Origin: a virus
Lineage: Duplodnaviria; Caudoviricetes
IMG/VR virus record: IMGVR_UViG_3300025608_000006
Length of the DNA stretch: 64,000 nt
Direction: 5' to 3' (one strand)
The notes under the pieces are model-generated. The model was not told where the DNA came from. It saw nothing but the letters and a program-made list of their open reading frames with translations, and made no database searches. The position numbers and the translations under genes are program-made. This document shows positions 9,273-20,729 of the stretch, in pieces; the first letter of the stretch is position 1, and each line of letters begins with the position of its first letter.

Positions 9273-11762
9273 ATGCCAGAACCACAGAATGGCCGTATCG
9301 GCGGCGGGGTATTAAAAGATAATCTATTACGTCAAGGCGTCAATCTTAACTTTAAAAATACAAGCGGCGACACTGCGTTACTTCACTTAGATGTTAATAA
9401 TGCTAAAATTGGTATTAATACAGAAGCTGCTTCTGATGCGCTAACTATTCCTAATACGTTAGCATCTTCAAATTTAATATCAACTTACAATAACATTGCA
9501 AATTTTACAATTGATACTAGTCGTATTGAAGCACTAGGAGGCGATGGATTTATTAATTTTAATGCTGCAACCAATATTAGTGCTACTGCTATAGCAACTG
9601 ACGATTTAAAAATAGACTTTAATACAATTAGTACAACTACTACTGATACTAATATTGAAATACGTCCAAACGGAAACGGTACAGTTAATATTAATAGTAA
9701 CTGGAATATTACAGGCGGACTACATGCAACTGGAAATATTACCACAAGTGGTGACTTTACGCTGGGTGATAATGACGAAGATAATGTTACGTTCGCGGCT
9801 GATGTTAATAGTGATATTGTTCCAGATCAAACTAATACTAGTGACTTAGGATCAGCATCTAAACAATGGTTAGATATTTACACTAGTTTAGTAAATGGTG
9901 AAGTAGTAGTGTTAGATACTCTGGAAGTCGGCAGTGGCTCTTCAAGTCTTGCACGAAGACAAGGCAATACATTTTATGTTAGTACACTAGGAAGTGACAC
10001 TAACGTAGGTGATCATCAGCATGGCGCCTTTCGTACACTAAAACATGCGCTTACACAAGTGGATGGCAGTACATCAGGACCAACTGTAATACATATATTT
10101 CCTGGAGAGTATGAAGAAGAATTTCCTCTAACTGTTCCGTCACATGTTGATGTAGTTGGCGAAGACATACGAAATGTAATAATCAAACCAACAGTTGCTA
10201 CACAAAGTAATAGTGCATTTTATTTAGAAGATGATGTTACTATTGAAAATTTAACCATCAAAGACTTCTATACAGGCTATGCATTCCAGTTCACAGCCAG
10301 CGGACTAGTAAGCACACGTTCTCCCTATATTAGAAACGTCACTGTAATTACAAAAGGTAGTGTTACAAGTGCAGACGATCCAAGAGGTTTTGCACAAGGC
10401 GATGCGGGCAAAGGCGCACTAATAGACGGCGCAACATTAGACAGTGCAAGTCTAGAAGCTAGTATGCTGTTTCACAGTTGTACATTTATGACGCCTGGTG
10501 TTGATTGTATTACAATGACCAATGGCGTAAGAGTAGAATGGTTAAATTCATTTACATATTTTGCAAATAGAGGATTATATGCAACACAAGGTGCAAGCGG
10601 CAAACTAATGCCGGATGCATCAATACGCTATGGTGCAGAACTGAGATCAATTGGCTCAGCAAATGTGTATGGTAACTACGGTGCAGAAGCAGACGGTGCT
10701 AACACGCTAATGTATCTAATAGGACATAACTTCGCTTATATTGGTACAGGTAAAGACACAAGTAATGATAACACACTTGCTATAAAAAGTCAAGAAGTAA
10801 CAGAATTAAATTCTGGAAGCATTGTACATACCAGTACAGATCAAAAAGGTAAATTTAGTGTAGGCGATGCGTTCTTTGTAGACTTTGATACAGGCGAAAC
10901 AAGCATTGATGCAAACTCAATTGACTTTAGCGGCATTGGAAGTATAAACGTAAACAACGGTTTAGAAATTACTTTTATTGATGGTGAAAGAGTTGATACA
11001 GGTAATATAAGAATTACTGGCAATACTGTTACTACACTTGATGGAGATTTAAATCTAAGTCCTCAAACAGAATTGTTTAATACTGATAATAATGCAAGTT
11101 TAATAATTAGTCGAGGCACTACACTTCAACAAAACAACGAAACTGCTGATATTAGATACAATACTGATACAAATTTATTTGAAGGTTATAGTTCAGGTAA
11201 TTTAAGTTTTGGTGGCATATATTCAAGTGATAGAGTCGATAGCATTGATGCACACGATACTAGTAATAATATTATTATTAGAGTAAACGATATTCAAGTT
11301 GGCTCAGTAGATTTTAACAGTACCAATTTACATGGATTATCAACAGGTGACGTATTATTTGATAATAATCTAATCACAACAACATTATCGAATTCAGATT
11401 TAGAACTTAGAAGAACTACAGCAACAAATGTTGTTGATATATTTGATATTGAAATAAAAGAAAATAATTTTTCTAATATTAGTGATAATTTACTAACACT
11501 TACTACAACAGGATTAGGATATGTGAAATTTAACGGAACCACAGGACTTGTTATTCCGTTTGGCGACAATGCACAACGAAATGTTTCACCTGTAACTGGC
11601 GAAACTAGGTATTCTACCGAAGCTGGGCCTGGTTTAGGTTTCCTAGAAGTATACAATGAATCTGACGGCGGCGCATGGCAACGTGCAGCAGGCGAAGGCG
11701 AAGAAGTTACTGAACCTATCTTAAAAGAACTAGTCGATATCTATACCCTTGTACTGGGTTAA
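9273..11762 (+). CDS. Large fibre/appendage protein (829 aa), paralogue of 11899..15234
   Basis: N-terminus GRIGGGVLKDNLLRQG; beta-helix-like core (PYIRNVTVIT, NGVRVEWLNSFTYFANRGLY); late promoter at 9243-9249. Confidence 0.8.
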   Translation: MPEPQNGRIGGGVLKDNLLRQGVNLNFKNTSGDTALLHLDVNNAKIGINTEAASDALTIPNTLASSNLISTYNNIANFTIDTSRIEALGGDGFINFNAATNISATAIATDDLKIDFNTISTTTTDTNIEIRPNGNGTVNINSNWNITGGLHATGNITTSGDFTLGDNDEDNVTFAADVNSDIVPDQTNTSDLGSASKQWLDIYTSLVNGEVVVLDTLEVGSGSSSLARRQGNTFYVSTLGSDTNVGDHQHGAFRTLKHALTQVDGSTSGPTVIHIFPGEYEEEFPLTVPSHVDVVGEDIRNVIIKPTVATQSNSAFYLEDDVTIENLTIKDFYTGYAFQFTASGLVSTRSPYIRNVTVITKGSVTSADDPRGFAQGDAGKGALIDGATLDSASLEASMLFHSCTFMTPGVDCITMTNGVRVEWLNSFTYFANRGLYATQGASGKLMPDASIRYGAELRSIGSANVYGNYGAEADGANTLMYLIGHNFAYIGTGKDTSNDNTLAIKSQEVTELNSGSIVHTSTDQKGKFSVGDAFFVDFDTGETSIDANSIDFSGIGSINVNNGLEITFIDGERVDTGNIRITGNTVTTLDGDLNLSPQTELFNTDNNASLIISRGTTLQQNNETADIRYNTDTNLFEGYSSGNLSFGGIYSSDRVDSIDAHDTSNNIIIRVNDIQVGSVDFNSTNLHGLSTGDVLFDNNLITTTLSNSDLELRRTTATNVVDIFDIEIKENNFSNISDNLLTLTTTGLGYVKFNGTTGLVIPFGDNAQRNVSPVTGETRYSTEAGPGLGFLEVYNESDGGAWQRAAGEGEEVTEPILKELVDIYTLVLG

Positions 11763-11774
11763 TCTTCAAAAACG

Positions 11775-11898
11775 ATAAATACTATTAATGCAAAGCAGCG
11801 ACCATTGTTTTGTGTGTCCATACTGTGGTTAACCAGCAAAGAGCCGAAAGGCTGAGAATTTGGCTAGAGGGACAGGATCCCCGTATTGAGGAGAAGAG
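11775..11898 (+). promoter_or_regulatory. Late promoter ATAAATA (11775-11781) plus a multi-hairpin 5' leader
   Basis: Stems at 11790-11813, AGCC-GAAA-GGCT at 11842-11853 and GGGA/TCCC at 11869-11881, then SD GAGGAG. Confidence 0.5.
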
Positions 11899-14800
11899 AT
11901 GGCTATCGGTCGCATATCGGGTCCGCTCTTAAAGGCAAACTTACTTCGTGAAGGAGTAAATATTGCGTTTGAGGACGACTTATTATATCTAGATGTTAAT
12001 AATAGCCGCATCGGTATAAACAATGCGTCGCCTCAATACGATTTAGATGTAATTGGTACAACTAGAGCACCTGCACTAGAAGTTAGCACACTCGCTAATA
12101 TCGGTGATGTTAATATCACTGGAACTACAATTTCAACAAATCAGCCCACACTTAATTTAGGTGCAGCTGATAATGTTATCTATCAAAATCGTCTAACAAT
12201 TGACAGTTTAGATTTAGAAAATAATGTTATTAGTTCAAATGAAACTAATACAAATATAGAGTTTTCGCCTAACGGTACTGGCACTGTAGAAATATTTGCA
12301 GATACTAATGTAACAGGAAATATTACTGCAACAGGCTCAATCACAGCAGATGGCAATATTACCATTGGTGATGCTGACACTGACAATATTACATTTAATG
12401 CGGAAATTAATTCAGACATTATTCCTGATGCAACAAATACGTATGCACTAGGAAGTGATCCTGCATCTGGCGGCAAACAATGGTCAGATGTATACACTCG
12501 AACACTGACAGCTGGAACAGTTAGAACAACTTCGATAGAAGTTGACGGCGTAGATATTGCACTGCGTCAAGGAAACATTTACTATGTTGCTGAAAACGGC
12601 AGTGATAGTTATACAGGTGATCACCCTAACGATCCGTACGGTTCGTTAAAGTATGCACTAAGTCAAGCAACTAGTGGTGATACAATACACATTTATCCAG
12701 GTGTTTATCAAGAAGAATTTCCAATGACTGTGCCTACAGGAGTTACTGTAAAAGGCCACAGCATACGTAGTATTAATATTACGCCAACAGTTGCTACAAA
12801 CAGTAATGATGCATTTTTATTGAATGGCGGCTCAACAGTTGAAGATTTAACTATTTCAGGATTCTACACAGGATATGCATTTAAGTTTGCTCCTGGCTTT
12901 ACAGTATCAGGAAACAACCGTTCACCTTACATTAGAAACATCAGTGTTATTACTCAAGGCAGCGTTACAAGCGCAGCAGATCCAAGAGGTTTCGACGAGG
13001 GTGATGCAGGGCGCGGAGCGTACATAGACGGCGCTGTAGCAGCAGCTACAAGCTTGGAAGCTACCATGCTGTTCCATAGTGCTACATTTATTACCCCAGG
13101 CGTAGACGCTATTACAGTAACTAACGGCGCTAGAGTAGAATGGCTAAACAGCTTTACATACTTTGCTAACCGTGGCATATACGGCGTAGATGGTTCTACA
13201 GGCTTACGAGGAACTGGACAGACAGCAGTTAGAGTAGACGGACTAACTGGTACTATCGCTAACGGAAACACCTTTACATACTACGACACAGACGGTACAA
13301 CAGTGCTTGCAACAGGTACTATCAACGGTGTAGATGCAGATGGGAAGTTTTATGTTGATGGTAATTTAACAGGATTAGAAACTGCCGGAGAGCGTGGCGG
13401 CAAAATAATAACCAAGTACGGAACTCCTACTACAGACACAACAATTAAAAAGTTTGGCGCTAGTAGTTTAGAGCTCAATGGAACTACTGATTATATTGGT
13501 ATTGCATCAAATAACGACTTCGGATTTGGCACAGGCGATTATACTGTTGAAGGTTGGTTCTATCTTACAGATGTATCTGTAACAAATAACTTATTTGACT
13601 TTAGAGCAGGCGCAGGCACAGACGTTGCTCCAGTACTTTATGTTAACTCAAGCGCACAACTTAATTTTTATTCTTTTAATGCAAATAGAATTACTGGACC
13701 TACATTATTAGTTAACACATGGTATCACATTGCAGTTAGTCGTAGCGCAGGAACTACAAAATTATTTGTAAACGGTGCAAGCCAAGGTACTCCTTGGGTA
13801 GATTCAACAGATTACGATATTGCTAAACCTTTAGTAATAGGTGCTACTTGGAACGGTGCAGACTTTACAAACGGATATATAGACGAGTTTAGAGTTACAA
13901 AAGGACTAGCAAGATACACATCAAACTTTGTGCAACCATCATCAGAGTTTGCAAGTGACGCTGATACTAAATTATTATTACATTTTAATAACGCAGTAGA
14001 TGGCTCGACTACAATCATTGACGATACTACCAATTCACAAGATTTAAGATTTAGCAACGGTGCAACTGCTAACTTTGTTACACTAGCAGATCAAACAGAA
14101 TTCGGAGGCGAAGTACGTTCAATTGCAAGTGCGTGTGTTTACGGCAACTACGGCATTGTAGGCGACGGACCAGGTGTGCTGATGTATCTAATCAGTCAAA
14201 ACTTAGCATACATTGGCGTAGGCAAAGAAACTGACAACGACGATAACAATGTAATTCAAGCAAACGAAATTGTCGAATCAAATAATGCACAAATAAGATT
14301 TAGTTCAGTAGATCACAAAGGCGACTTTAGAGTTGGCGATCTATTTTATGTAAATCAAGAAGACGGCACTGTAGACTTTAGTAGTTCAACTTTTAATATC
14401 AACACATCAAGTGGCATAACAATTACCACAGGCAGTAGTCAGACAACTATTACTGGCGATAAGATTGATACTGGTAATTTACGTTTAAGTGGCAATACTA
14501 TTGAAAGTTTAAGTGGAGACATCAACTTAGACGCAGACAGCGGCACAGTTAGAATCAATTCAACAAGTGCGCTACAATTGCCCAAAGGAGATACAGCAAG
14601 TCGCCCAACGCCAGCAACTGGTATGATTCGTTATAATACTGAAACCAACTTGTATGAAGGATATGACGGCAACTGGATTGCACTCAATGGTGTTTATGAT
14701 TTAGACTTAGATACACGTATTACAGCAGAACTAACCCCTGGTGCTAATGACGGTGTAATAAGATTCTATATACAAGATAATGTTGTAACAACAATCGATG

Positions 14801-15234
14801 CAGATAAACTAGAAACACCTAGAATTGAAGTAGATGATATTAGTATTGACGGTAACGTTATTACAACGGAAACAACAAATACCGACTTAACACTCAGTGC
14901 AAATGGCACAGGTTCTGTAATTATTGATAATATTGCATTTAAAGGTTCTACGATAACCAATACTGAGATAGATGGAGTACTTAATTTTGAACAACAAGGA
15001 AGCGGTTATTTTAAAATCGAAGGCAACAACGGATTTATTGTTCCAGTAGGATCAAACGTACAACGTCCAGCCGCAGCATACAGAGAAACTGGGATGGTGC
15101 GTTATAACACAGAACAACGATATTTAGAAATATGGGACGGATTTAGCTGGGTTTCAGTTGCAGGTGCAACAGGGTCAATTAGTTTTGCAGCAGCGGAAGA
15201 CTTAGCAATTGAATACGTATTAACATTAGGATAA
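11899..15234 (+). CDS. Large fibre/appendage protein (1111 aa) with an inserted LamG/ConA-like domain
   Basis: Paralogous to 9273..11762. The insert near 13450-14000 has FGTGDYTVEGWFY, WYHIAVSRS..TKLFVNG and GYIDEFRVTKG, typical of LamG-like domains. Confidence 0.85.
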   Translation: MAIGRISGPLLKANLLREGVNIAFEDDLLYLDVNNSRIGINNASPQYDLDVIGTTRAPALEVSTLANIGDVNITGTTISTNQPTLNLGAADNVIYQNRLTIDSLDLENNVISSNETNTNIEFSPNGTGTVEIFADTNVTGNITATGSITADGNITIGDADTDNITFNAEINSDIIPDATNTYALGSDPASGGKQWSDVYTRTLTAGTVRTTSIEVDGVDIALRQGNIYYVAENGSDSYTGDHPNDPYGSLKYALSQATSGDTIHIYPGVYQEEFPMTVPTGVTVKGHSIRSINITPTVATNSNDAFLLNGGSTVEDLTISGFYTGYAFKFAPGFTVSGNNRSPYIRNISVITQGSVTSAADPRGFDEGDAGRGAYIDGAVAAATSLEATMLFHSATFITPGVDAITVTNGARVEWLNSFTYFANRGIYGVDGSTGLRGTGQTAVRVDGLTGTIANGNTFTYYDTDGTTVLATGTINGVDADGKFYVDGNLTGLETAGERGGKIITKYGTPTTDTTIKKFGASSLELNGTTDYIGIASNNDFGFGTGDYTVEGWFYLTDVSVTNNLFDFRAGAGTDVAPVLYVNSSAQLNFYSFNANRITGPTLLVNTWYHIAVSRSAGTTKLFVNGASQGTPWVDSTDYDIAKPLVIGATWNGADFTNGYIDEFRVTKGLARYTSNFVQPSSEFASDADTKLLLHFNNAVDGSTTIIDDTTNSQDLRFSNGATANFVTLADQTEFGGEVRSIASACVYGNYGIVGDGPGVLMYLISQNLAYIGVGKETDNDDNNVIQANEIVESNNAQIRFSSVDHKGDFRVGDLFYVNQEDGTVDFSSSTFNINTSSGITITTGSSQTTITGDKIDTGNLRLSGNTIESLSGDINLDADSGTVRINSTSALQLPKGDTASRPTPATGMIRYNTETNLYEGYDGNWIALNGVYDLDLDTRITAELTPGANDGVIRFYIQDNVVTTIDADKLETPRIEVDDISIDGNVITTETTNTDLTLSANGTGSVIIDNIAFKGSTITNTEIDGVLNFEQQGSGYFKIEGNNGFIVPVGSNVQRPAAAYRETGMVRYNTEQRYLEIWDGFSWVSVAGATGSISFAAAEDLAIEYVLTLG

Positions 15235-15238
15235 ACAG

Positions 15239-15568
15239 ATGGCAACACAATTTAAAAATAAGGTAGTAAAAGAAGTAGGACCTATTCCTATACTTGCACT
15301 AGAAACAGACGCAGCTACACGTTCGACAATTATAGGTCTTAACTTAGCTAATCTAACAGACTTTGTAGTTTATGCAAGTGTGCTAATACATGATGATACT
15401 AGTGTCGAAGGTTACTTTATGAAAGATGTTATGGTGCCGCCTAATAGCAGTCTGCACGCTCTTGCAGCAGGAGAAAAATTAATTCTTGCTCCTACTAATG
15501 AACTTTATTTAGTAGCTGATCAAGATGAAGCATTAGATGCAGTTATTAGTTACGTAGATATTGTATAA
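15239..15568 (+). CDS. Small fibre-associated protein (paralogue 2 of 3)
   Basis: STIIGLNLAN...VPPNSSL...EKLIL pattern; follows a large fibre gene. Confidence 0.65.
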   Translation: MATQFKNKVVKEVGPIPILALETDAATRSTIIGLNLANLTDFVVYASVLIHDDTSVEGYFMKDVMVPPNSSLHALAAGEKLILAPTNELYLVADQDEALDAVISYVDIV

Positions 15569-15579
15569 GGAATAAAAAA

Positions 15580-15954
15580 ATGTCAGCAAATTACACAGGA
15601 TTTACTCCAGATCACATGCAAAATGCAGTACAAGATAGATTTTTCTATGGTCTGCGTAGAACAGACCAAGGAGAATTGTTTATTGGCAAGCTGGATCAAA
15701 TGAAAGCAACAGATACTATAATGATCAATAAACCCGGAGATCCGGTTCAAAATTATCCTAGTTTTGAACAAGGGCAAGACTTTTACGAAGGTCGCGATGT
15801 AAATCATGACCTAGTTTATGAAAACTTAAATTACGAGCAGTTCCGCTGGGATGATAGGAATATTTCTTACTATGTAAATGATGAAGGCGAGTTAATAGCA
15901 AGAATAAATCACAATTATATATATGATGAAAATTCATCATCTAACGGATTATAA
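15580..15954 (+). CDS. Hypothetical structural protein (124 aa)
   Basis: SD AAGGA; co-oriented and tightly packed within the fibre operon. Confidence 0.7.
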   Translation: MSANYTGFTPDHMQNAVQDRFFYGLRRTDQGELFIGKLDQMKATDTIMINKPGDPVQNYPSFEQGQDFYEGRDVNHDLVYENLNYEQFRWDDRNISYYVNDEGELIARINHNYIYDENSSSNGL

Positions 15955-15965
15955 GAGAGAAGAAA

Positions 15966-18900
15966 ATGGCAGATTTTAATTTAGATAGAATTAGATTTAG
16001 ATGGAAAGGCGACTGGACAATATCAACACAGTATGTTAAAGACGATATTGTTCGTTTTGAAGGAAAGTCATACGTATGTTTGATTGGTCACGAATCTAAT
16101 TCGAATAAAATCTATCCAGACTTGAACTTAGAAGCACCCAACACACGTTGGGAATTAATGTTTGACGGTAATCAATGGAGAGGTGATTGGCAATTTACTA
16201 CATACTATCATCTCGGAGACATAATTAAGTATAGTGGGTATGTTTATCAGTGTATCGAAGAACACGAATCTACAAATATTAGATCTCAGGCTCTAATACA
16301 AGATGTTTTGAAATGGACCATTGTAGCTACAACATACAATTGGCTTAATACGTGGACACCTAGTATTGCTCCTGATGGAGAAGACCTAGGTACACCGCAG
16401 TATTATAATTTAGGCGATGTTGTAATTTATAATGGCATAACATATATTTGTATTGAAAAGCATGTTGCTGCCGATTCTTATGCGTTAGGACTAGAAGACG
16501 ATCAATCGAAATGGTCAATTGTTACTAGAAGTGATAATTGGAGAACAGATTGGACCATTGATACTAGATATGCAGTTGACGATATCGTCAAATATGGTGC
16601 TATCAGTTATAGATGTATAGAAGGACACAATAGTGCTGCCGATGCTGATGACGGACTAGAAGAAGATCAATCTAAATGGGAAATATTTTTAGAAGGTATT
16701 GAATATACAGGAAACTGGGTTACTGAATATCGATATAAAAAATATGATGTTGTAAAATACGGCGGGTCGCTATGGAGAGCAATAGTAGGTCATTCTTCTG
16801 GAACCAGTCTAAGAAGTGATCAATCAAGTTGGGAAATTTATGTTCCAGGTCTAGAGTTTGACACTATATGGGTTAATGACGTTGAATACAACAAGGGAGA
16901 TATTGTTGTATACGGCGGATATGCTTATACTGCCTTACAAAATAACACTGACAGTGTGCCTAGTGTTAACGGACTGCTCCAAGACACTGGCGAATGGGAA
17001 TTACTTAAAGAAGGATATCGTCATTTAGGAGATTGGGTATCTGCAACATCTTATAAAACAGGAGATGTAGTAAGAGATCAAGGATATTTATATATTGCAA
17101 TTGCTGATAGTGCTGCAATTAATCCAGATTCGGACAACACAAAATGGCAAATTCTTGTAACAGGACGCAAATGGAAAAATTATTGGGTTGACAACATTGA
17201 ATATCACTTGGGTGATGTTGTAACATATGCAGGAACAACGTATATTTGTATATCAAGACATTTAGGAACCGAAAGCGATAGTCGTCCTGATCTCGATCTT
17301 GAAAATACTAATGAAAATTACTGGAGATTATTAATACAAGGTACTGCTAGTAATGTATTAACTAATCGCGGCGATTTAAGAACACACGACGATATTGAAA
17401 CTGCAAGATTTGCAATTGGAGAGCCTGGCAACCTTTTAAAGGCTGTTAACGGCAGTATTACATGGGAAAACTTTGAAGAAGTACCTAATGTATTTTTTGT
17501 AAGCCCAGCTGGCCTCGACGTACAAGGCGGCGGTTTAACTCTTAATGCTCCTTTTAAAACAGTAAAGTATGCATGCGAATACATCTCTGCAAATATTGAT
17601 ACTGACAATGTAAACACTACTATTTTTATCAAAACAGGAATTTATAGCGAACAACTTCCAATTAAGGTTCCTAGAAATTGTGCATTGTGTGGCGACGAAT
17701 TAAGAAGCACAGTAATACAACCGGCAATAGGATACGAACAAGGAAATATGTTCTATGTTAATAACGGAAGTGGAATTAGAAATATGACACTTCAAGGATT
17801 ATCAGGCACATTAGGAACTCCAAATCAATATTTAACACGCCGTCCGACAGCAGGTGCATTTGTAAGTCTCGATCCAGGTGCTGGACCAGATGACGAAACT
17901 GTGTGGATCATTAATAAATCGTGCTACGTACAAAATGTAACCACATTCGGTACTGGATGTATTGGTATGAAACTTGACGGATCGCTACACAACGGCGGCA
18001 ATAAGTCAGCAGTTGCAAACGATTTCACTCAAGTATTAAGTGACGGAATCGGATACTGGGCACTTAACGGCGGACGTTCAGAGCTTGTATCTGTGTTTAC
18101 GTATTTCTGTCATATTGGATATTTGTCTGAGAACGGCGGAATTTTACGTGCAACAAATGGTAACAATTCATATGGTTCATTTGGATCAGTTGCAGAAGGT
18201 TTTGACGAAACAGAAACTCCAATTACAGCAGAAATAGATAATAGAACACAAGAATCATTAGTACATGTTGTACATACAGACGGTACTCAGATTCTCGGAA
18301 TGGGATATTCACATGCTGGACAAAGTTACACTTCGGCAACTTCTACTATAGCTGGACCGGGCATTAATGCAACAGCTGAATACGGAGAATTTAGACAAAA
18401 TTCTCTAAGCCAAATTAGATTAATCGATCCAGCAGATTCAAGTACACCTGGAGGCTTAAATTATCAATACCTATTGAATAGCGCTCAGTCTGGAAATTCA
18501 ACACAAATTACACTAGCAGCATCTGATGAAACAGGAACAGCAGAAAAATATGTTGGTATGAGAATATTTCTAGACAGCGGCGCAGGGGTAGGGCAATATG
18601 CTTATATCACTGGATACGATCCATTAACAAAAATTGCAATAGTTAGTAGAGAATCTGACGGAGCAAGTGGATGGGATCATATATATCCAGGTTGGCCGAT
18701 TGCAAATGTTTTAGATGCCACAACTAGATATAAAATCGAACCGGCAGTAGTAGTTGACGATCCTAATTTTAGTGCAACACCTTTAGGCACTGGACTAAGC
18801 TCTAATACTTACAAATTTATTGTATCAGATAAAGATCAAAAAATTCTTGTTGTTCCTACAGATTTAGGAGAAACGCATGCTTATAGTATAAACGCAGGCG

Positions 18901-20684
18901 CTACTTGGACGAGTAATTCTAGCTTTTTAAGAACAGGTACATCTGCATTAGGAGCAATATATACTGGACAAGAATTTATAATTGTTGGAGACAGTACATA
19001 TTATTATACTTCACAAAGTGGTGCGCTCAATGACTTTGTTGAGTCTAGTGCTGCTTCTACAAATTATGTAAGTATAGCATCAGACGGCGCAGGCAAAGTT
19101 ATATTAGTTCTAGATGACGGTAGCGTGAGTTACTCGTCAGACCACGGTGCTAATTACTCGTCTGCTACTGGCGTTGCAGGGTCGTCTGCATACGGTAATA
19201 ACAAGTTTATTATTGTTAGTAGTACAGGAGACGTAGCATATTCAGAAGATTCTGGATCTTCCTGGACTACTACATCCTTAGCAATTTCACCAAGTGACTG
19301 GAAAGTTACATACGGAAATAATAGATTTGTTGCATTAGGATCAAACAATAAAACTGCTTATAGCTTTGATGGAATTACATGGTACGAAAGTGTTATTGAA
19401 AGTGACGATACATACGATACTATTTCGTACGGCGCTGGAATTTTTATTGCAACTGGCACATCTAATAAATTTGCAAAAACTGACGATGGCAATGTATGGA
19501 AAACATTTACTAGTGATAGTACAACGTATGCATTGTCTGACAATAGAGTATGGGGTCAAATGGAATATATGCCAAATACTAAAAATTGGATTGCTGTTGC
19601 AAACGGCCCTGATTGGGATACTGTAGAAGTTGGTTCGACTGCATTTGCTAGAGTTAACGTATCTTCTAGTAGATTGCAAGATTTTATTATTTACAATCCT
19701 GGAAGCAATTATAATACTACACCACTAGTAACTATTTTTGATCCCGAAAGTACGATATATGCAGAATATTCTGTAAGAATAAATGACGGAGTTCTTACAC
19801 AACCAATGTTTACTAACAGAGGCGAAGGATATATTACAGCAACATCGACTATTACCGGTGACGGATTCGCAGATATTTTCCAAATTGGAAAAACAGTAAA
19901 ACTTAAAAATGTTACTCGTGTACCAGGTCCTGGAGCAAACGTTGTTATTAACGGCATCGATGATCGTACATATAGATTAACTACTGTTGTATCAGAGTCT
20001 GGAATAGCGCCTAATTTAGATTTAACAGTTAATATTAGTCCTCCGCTTACTAATCAAAACTCTCCCGATCACGAAGAGACACTGATTATAAGAGAACAGT
20101 ACAGCCAAGTCCGTTTAACAGGACACGACTTCTTAGATATTGGTACTGGTAATACTACTAGTACTAGATATCCTAATTTATATTTAGAAGGAGAAGATCC
20201 AGAAAATCCAAGACAGCCGTTTAATGAAACTGCTGACTTTGGCGGCGGCAGAGTTTTCTACACAAGTACAGACCAAGACGGTAACTTTAGAGTTGGAGAA
20301 TTATTTGCAGTTGAACAGGCATCAGGTACTGTTACAGTTAATGCAGATTTATTCGAGCTCGGCGGGCTTTCAGAATTATCACTAGGCGGTATCCAAGTAG
20401 GCGGAAGTGCTGTTGTTATTCGAGAATTTAGTAAAGATGGAACGTTTGTAGCGAATTCAAATAATATTGTACCTACTCAAGCAGCAATTCTTAGTTACTT
20501 AGAAAGTAGAATTAGTAGTGGTGGTGCAGATGCACTGACTAACTCATTAATTGCTGGACAAGTTAAAGTTAGTGGAAATAATATTACAACTACTTCAGAC
20601 AATCAAATTAATATTCCTGTACCTGTAAATCAAATCGGCGGTATCGATGGCGGTATGTTGACCATACAATACTTTGGAATATAA
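15966..20684 (+). CDS. Giant fibre protein (1572 aa): Trp-rich CBM5/12-like repeats, beta-helix core, Asp-box (BNR) repeats
   Basis: N-terminal repeats W...Y..(G/N)D.V.Y.G..Y.C...H.S; Asp-box-like SSDHGANY, SEDSGSSW, SFDGITW and TDDGNVW; paralogue of 20730..26231. Confidence 0.85.
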   Translation: MADFNLDRIRFRWKGDWTISTQYVKDDIVRFEGKSYVCLIGHESNSNKIYPDLNLEAPNTRWELMFDGNQWRGDWQFTTYYHLGDIIKYSGYVYQCIEEHESTNIRSQALIQDVLKWTIVATTYNWLNTWTPSIAPDGEDLGTPQYYNLGDVVIYNGITYICIEKHVAADSYALGLEDDQSKWSIVTRSDNWRTDWTIDTRYAVDDIVKYGAISYRCIEGHNSAADADDGLEEDQSKWEIFLEGIEYTGNWVTEYRYKKYDVVKYGGSLWRAIVGHSSGTSLRSDQSSWEIYVPGLEFDTIWVNDVEYNKGDIVVYGGYAYTALQNNTDSVPSVNGLLQDTGEWELLKEGYRHLGDWVSATSYKTGDVVRDQGYLYIAIADSAAINPDSDNTKWQILVTGRKWKNYWVDNIEYHLGDVVTYAGTTYICISRHLGTESDSRPDLDLENTNENYWRLLIQGTASNVLTNRGDLRTHDDIETARFAIGEPGNLLKAVNGSITWENFEEVPNVFFVSPAGLDVQGGGLTLNAPFKTVKYACEYISANIDTDNVNTTIFIKTGIYSEQLPIKVPRNCALCGDELRSTVIQPAIGYEQGNMFYVNNGSGIRNMTLQGLSGTLGTPNQYLTRRPTAGAFVSLDPGAGPDDETVWIINKSCYVQNVTTFGTGCIGMKLDGSLHNGGNKSAVANDFTQVLSDGIGYWALNGGRSELVSVFTYFCHIGYLSENGGILRATNGNNSYGSFGSVAEGFDETETPITAEIDNRTQESLVHVVHTDGTQILGMGYSHAGQSYTSATSTIAGPGINATAEYGEFRQNSLSQIRLIDPADSSTPGGLNYQYLLNSAQSGNSTQITLAASDETGTAEKYVGMRIFLDSGAGVGQYAYITGYDPLTKIAIVSRESDGASGWDHIYPGWPIANVLDATTRYKIEPAVVVDDPNFSATPLGTGLSSNTYKFIVSDKDQKILVVPTDLGETHAYSINAGATWTSNSSFLRTGTSALGAIYTGQEFIIVGDSTYYYTSQSGALNDFVESSAASTNYVSIASDGAGKVILVLDDGSVSYSSDHGANYSSATGVAGSSAYGNNKFIIVSSTGDVAYSEDSGSSWTTTSLAISPSDWKVTYGNNRFVALGSNNKTAYSFDGITWYESVIESDDTYDTISYGAGIFIATGTSNKFAKTDDGNVWKTFTSDSTTYALSDNRVWGQMEYMPNTKNWIAVANGPDWDTVEVGSTAFARVNVSSSRLQDFIIYNPGSNYNTTPLVTIFDPESTIYAEYSVRINDGVLTQPMFTNRGEGYITATSTITGDGFADIFQIGKTVKLKNVTRVPGPGANVVINGIDDRTYRLTTVVSESGIAPNLDLTVNISPPLTNQNSPDHEETLIIREQYSQVRLTGHDFLDIGTGNTTSTRYPNLYLEGEDPENPRQPFNETADFGGGRVFYTSTDQDGNFRVGELFAVEQASGTVTVNADLFELGGLSELSLGGIQVGGSAVVIREFSKDGTFVANSNNIVPTQAAILSYLESRISSGGADALTNSLIAGQVKVSGNNITTTSDNQINIPVPVNQIGGIDGGMLTIQYFGI

Positions 20685-20729
20685 TAAAGATGGATATGAT
20701 AAATATATTAAATAGAGCGGAGTTTTTAA

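Noticed and set aside
11830-11885. Resemblance of GCAAA...GAAA hairpin to a c-di-GMP-I (GEMM) riboswitch
   Set aside because: The GGGACGCAAAGC second-stem motif is missing; kept only as an unassigned structured leader.
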